From Solirubrobacterales bacterium (GTDB taxonomy: Bacteria > Actinomycetota > Thermoleophilia > Solirubrobacterales > Thermoleophilaceae), in NCBI GenBank assembly GCA_038232755.1, contig JBBSNG010000001.1:1-33147 (forward strand): 33,147 nucleotides of DNA. Reading direction: 5' to 3'. The stretch's first letter is position 1. Each line of letters begins with the position of its first letter. This document shows, piece after piece, positions 32,846 to 33,147 of the stretch. Position numbers and translations under genes: made by a program. The notes under the pieces are model-generated. The model saw nothing but the letters and a program-made list of their open reading frames with translations, had not been told where the DNA came from and searched no databases.

Positions 32846-33147
32846 TCAACGCCTGTACAGAGCGAAGTAGGCGATCAGGGTGTCCTTGCAGCTGGGCTCG
32901 ATGTTGCTGCTCCTGCTGCCCTTGATGCCGCCGTTCGGGTAACCGACGAACCTGACCCGCCTGTAGTACGCGTCCACCGCGGGGCCCCCGCTGCAGCCGG
33001 TGAACCTGCGGTCGCGGAAGTGAGCGTTGGTGGAAGAGACGAGGTAGTCGCACCTCTGGTTGATGAAGGACCAGCGATGCGACACCTCGGACCACCCAGT
33101 GGCCGTGCTCGCGAAATTGCTGAACCAGACGTTGTTCGTTCCGATGC
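32846..33147 (-). CDS. 3' part of a Cys-containing protein with a G-x-S-G-G-P motif, possibly a chymotrypsin-fold serine protease (5' end outside the window)
   Basis: The frame is open to the window edge (IGTNNVWFSNFASTATGWSEVSHRWSF...). RRFTGCSGGPAVD resembles the GDSGGP catalytic-serine block. The composition is Asn/Ser/Tyr/Phe/Lys-rich and differs from its neighbours. Confidence 0.35.
   Translation of the reverse strand, partial: IGTNNVWFSNFASTATGWSEVSHRWSFINQRCDYLVSSTNAHFRDRRFTGCSGGPAVDAYYRRVRFVGYPNGGIKGSRSSNIEPSCKDTLIAYFALYRR

Overview
This is a high-GC bacterial chromosomal window. By hand estimate it is about 70% GC or more, with strong G/C third-codon-position bias. Gene content suggests an Actinomycetota-like organism, which is an inference. 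All family assignments come from reading motifs in the supplied translations, and no database search was run. I support about 45 protein-coding genes. I found no rRNA, tRNA, CRISPR array, transposase or integrase. Many long ORFs in the track are Arg/Pro/Gly-rich antisense or off-frame artefacts of the GC content. Housekeeping blocks are glnK-amt, yebC, pdxS-pdxT plus an M29 aminopeptidase, and pepF plus an MBL hydrolase. The accessory content is dense. There are five toxin-antitoxin-like modules: XRE-nucleotidyltransferase, RHH/DUF433-DUF5615, RHH plus HicB-like without HicA, Phd-VapC and AbrB-VapC. There is also an alkyltransferase-like (PWHRIV) protein and a frameshifted AraC regulator. Four loci are most worth follow-up. 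(1) A ThiS/MoaD-like Gly-Gly protein is tightly coupled to a five-Asp-box beta-propeller, with no E1, JAMM, molybdopterin-cofactor or thiamine genes nearby. (2) A tocopherol-cyclase-family gene converges, with shared CTAG stops, on a MenA-like UbiA prenyltransferase operon, and a Xi-class GST lies close by. (3) An RCK-pore-RCK channel has a degenerate TVGPN filter and sits in an SDR-channel-CBS operon. (4) An FAD-oxidoreductase plus CFA-type methyltransferase pair resembles the 10-methyl fatty acid (tuberculostearic acid) route. Several start codons are ambiguous and are flagged in the features.
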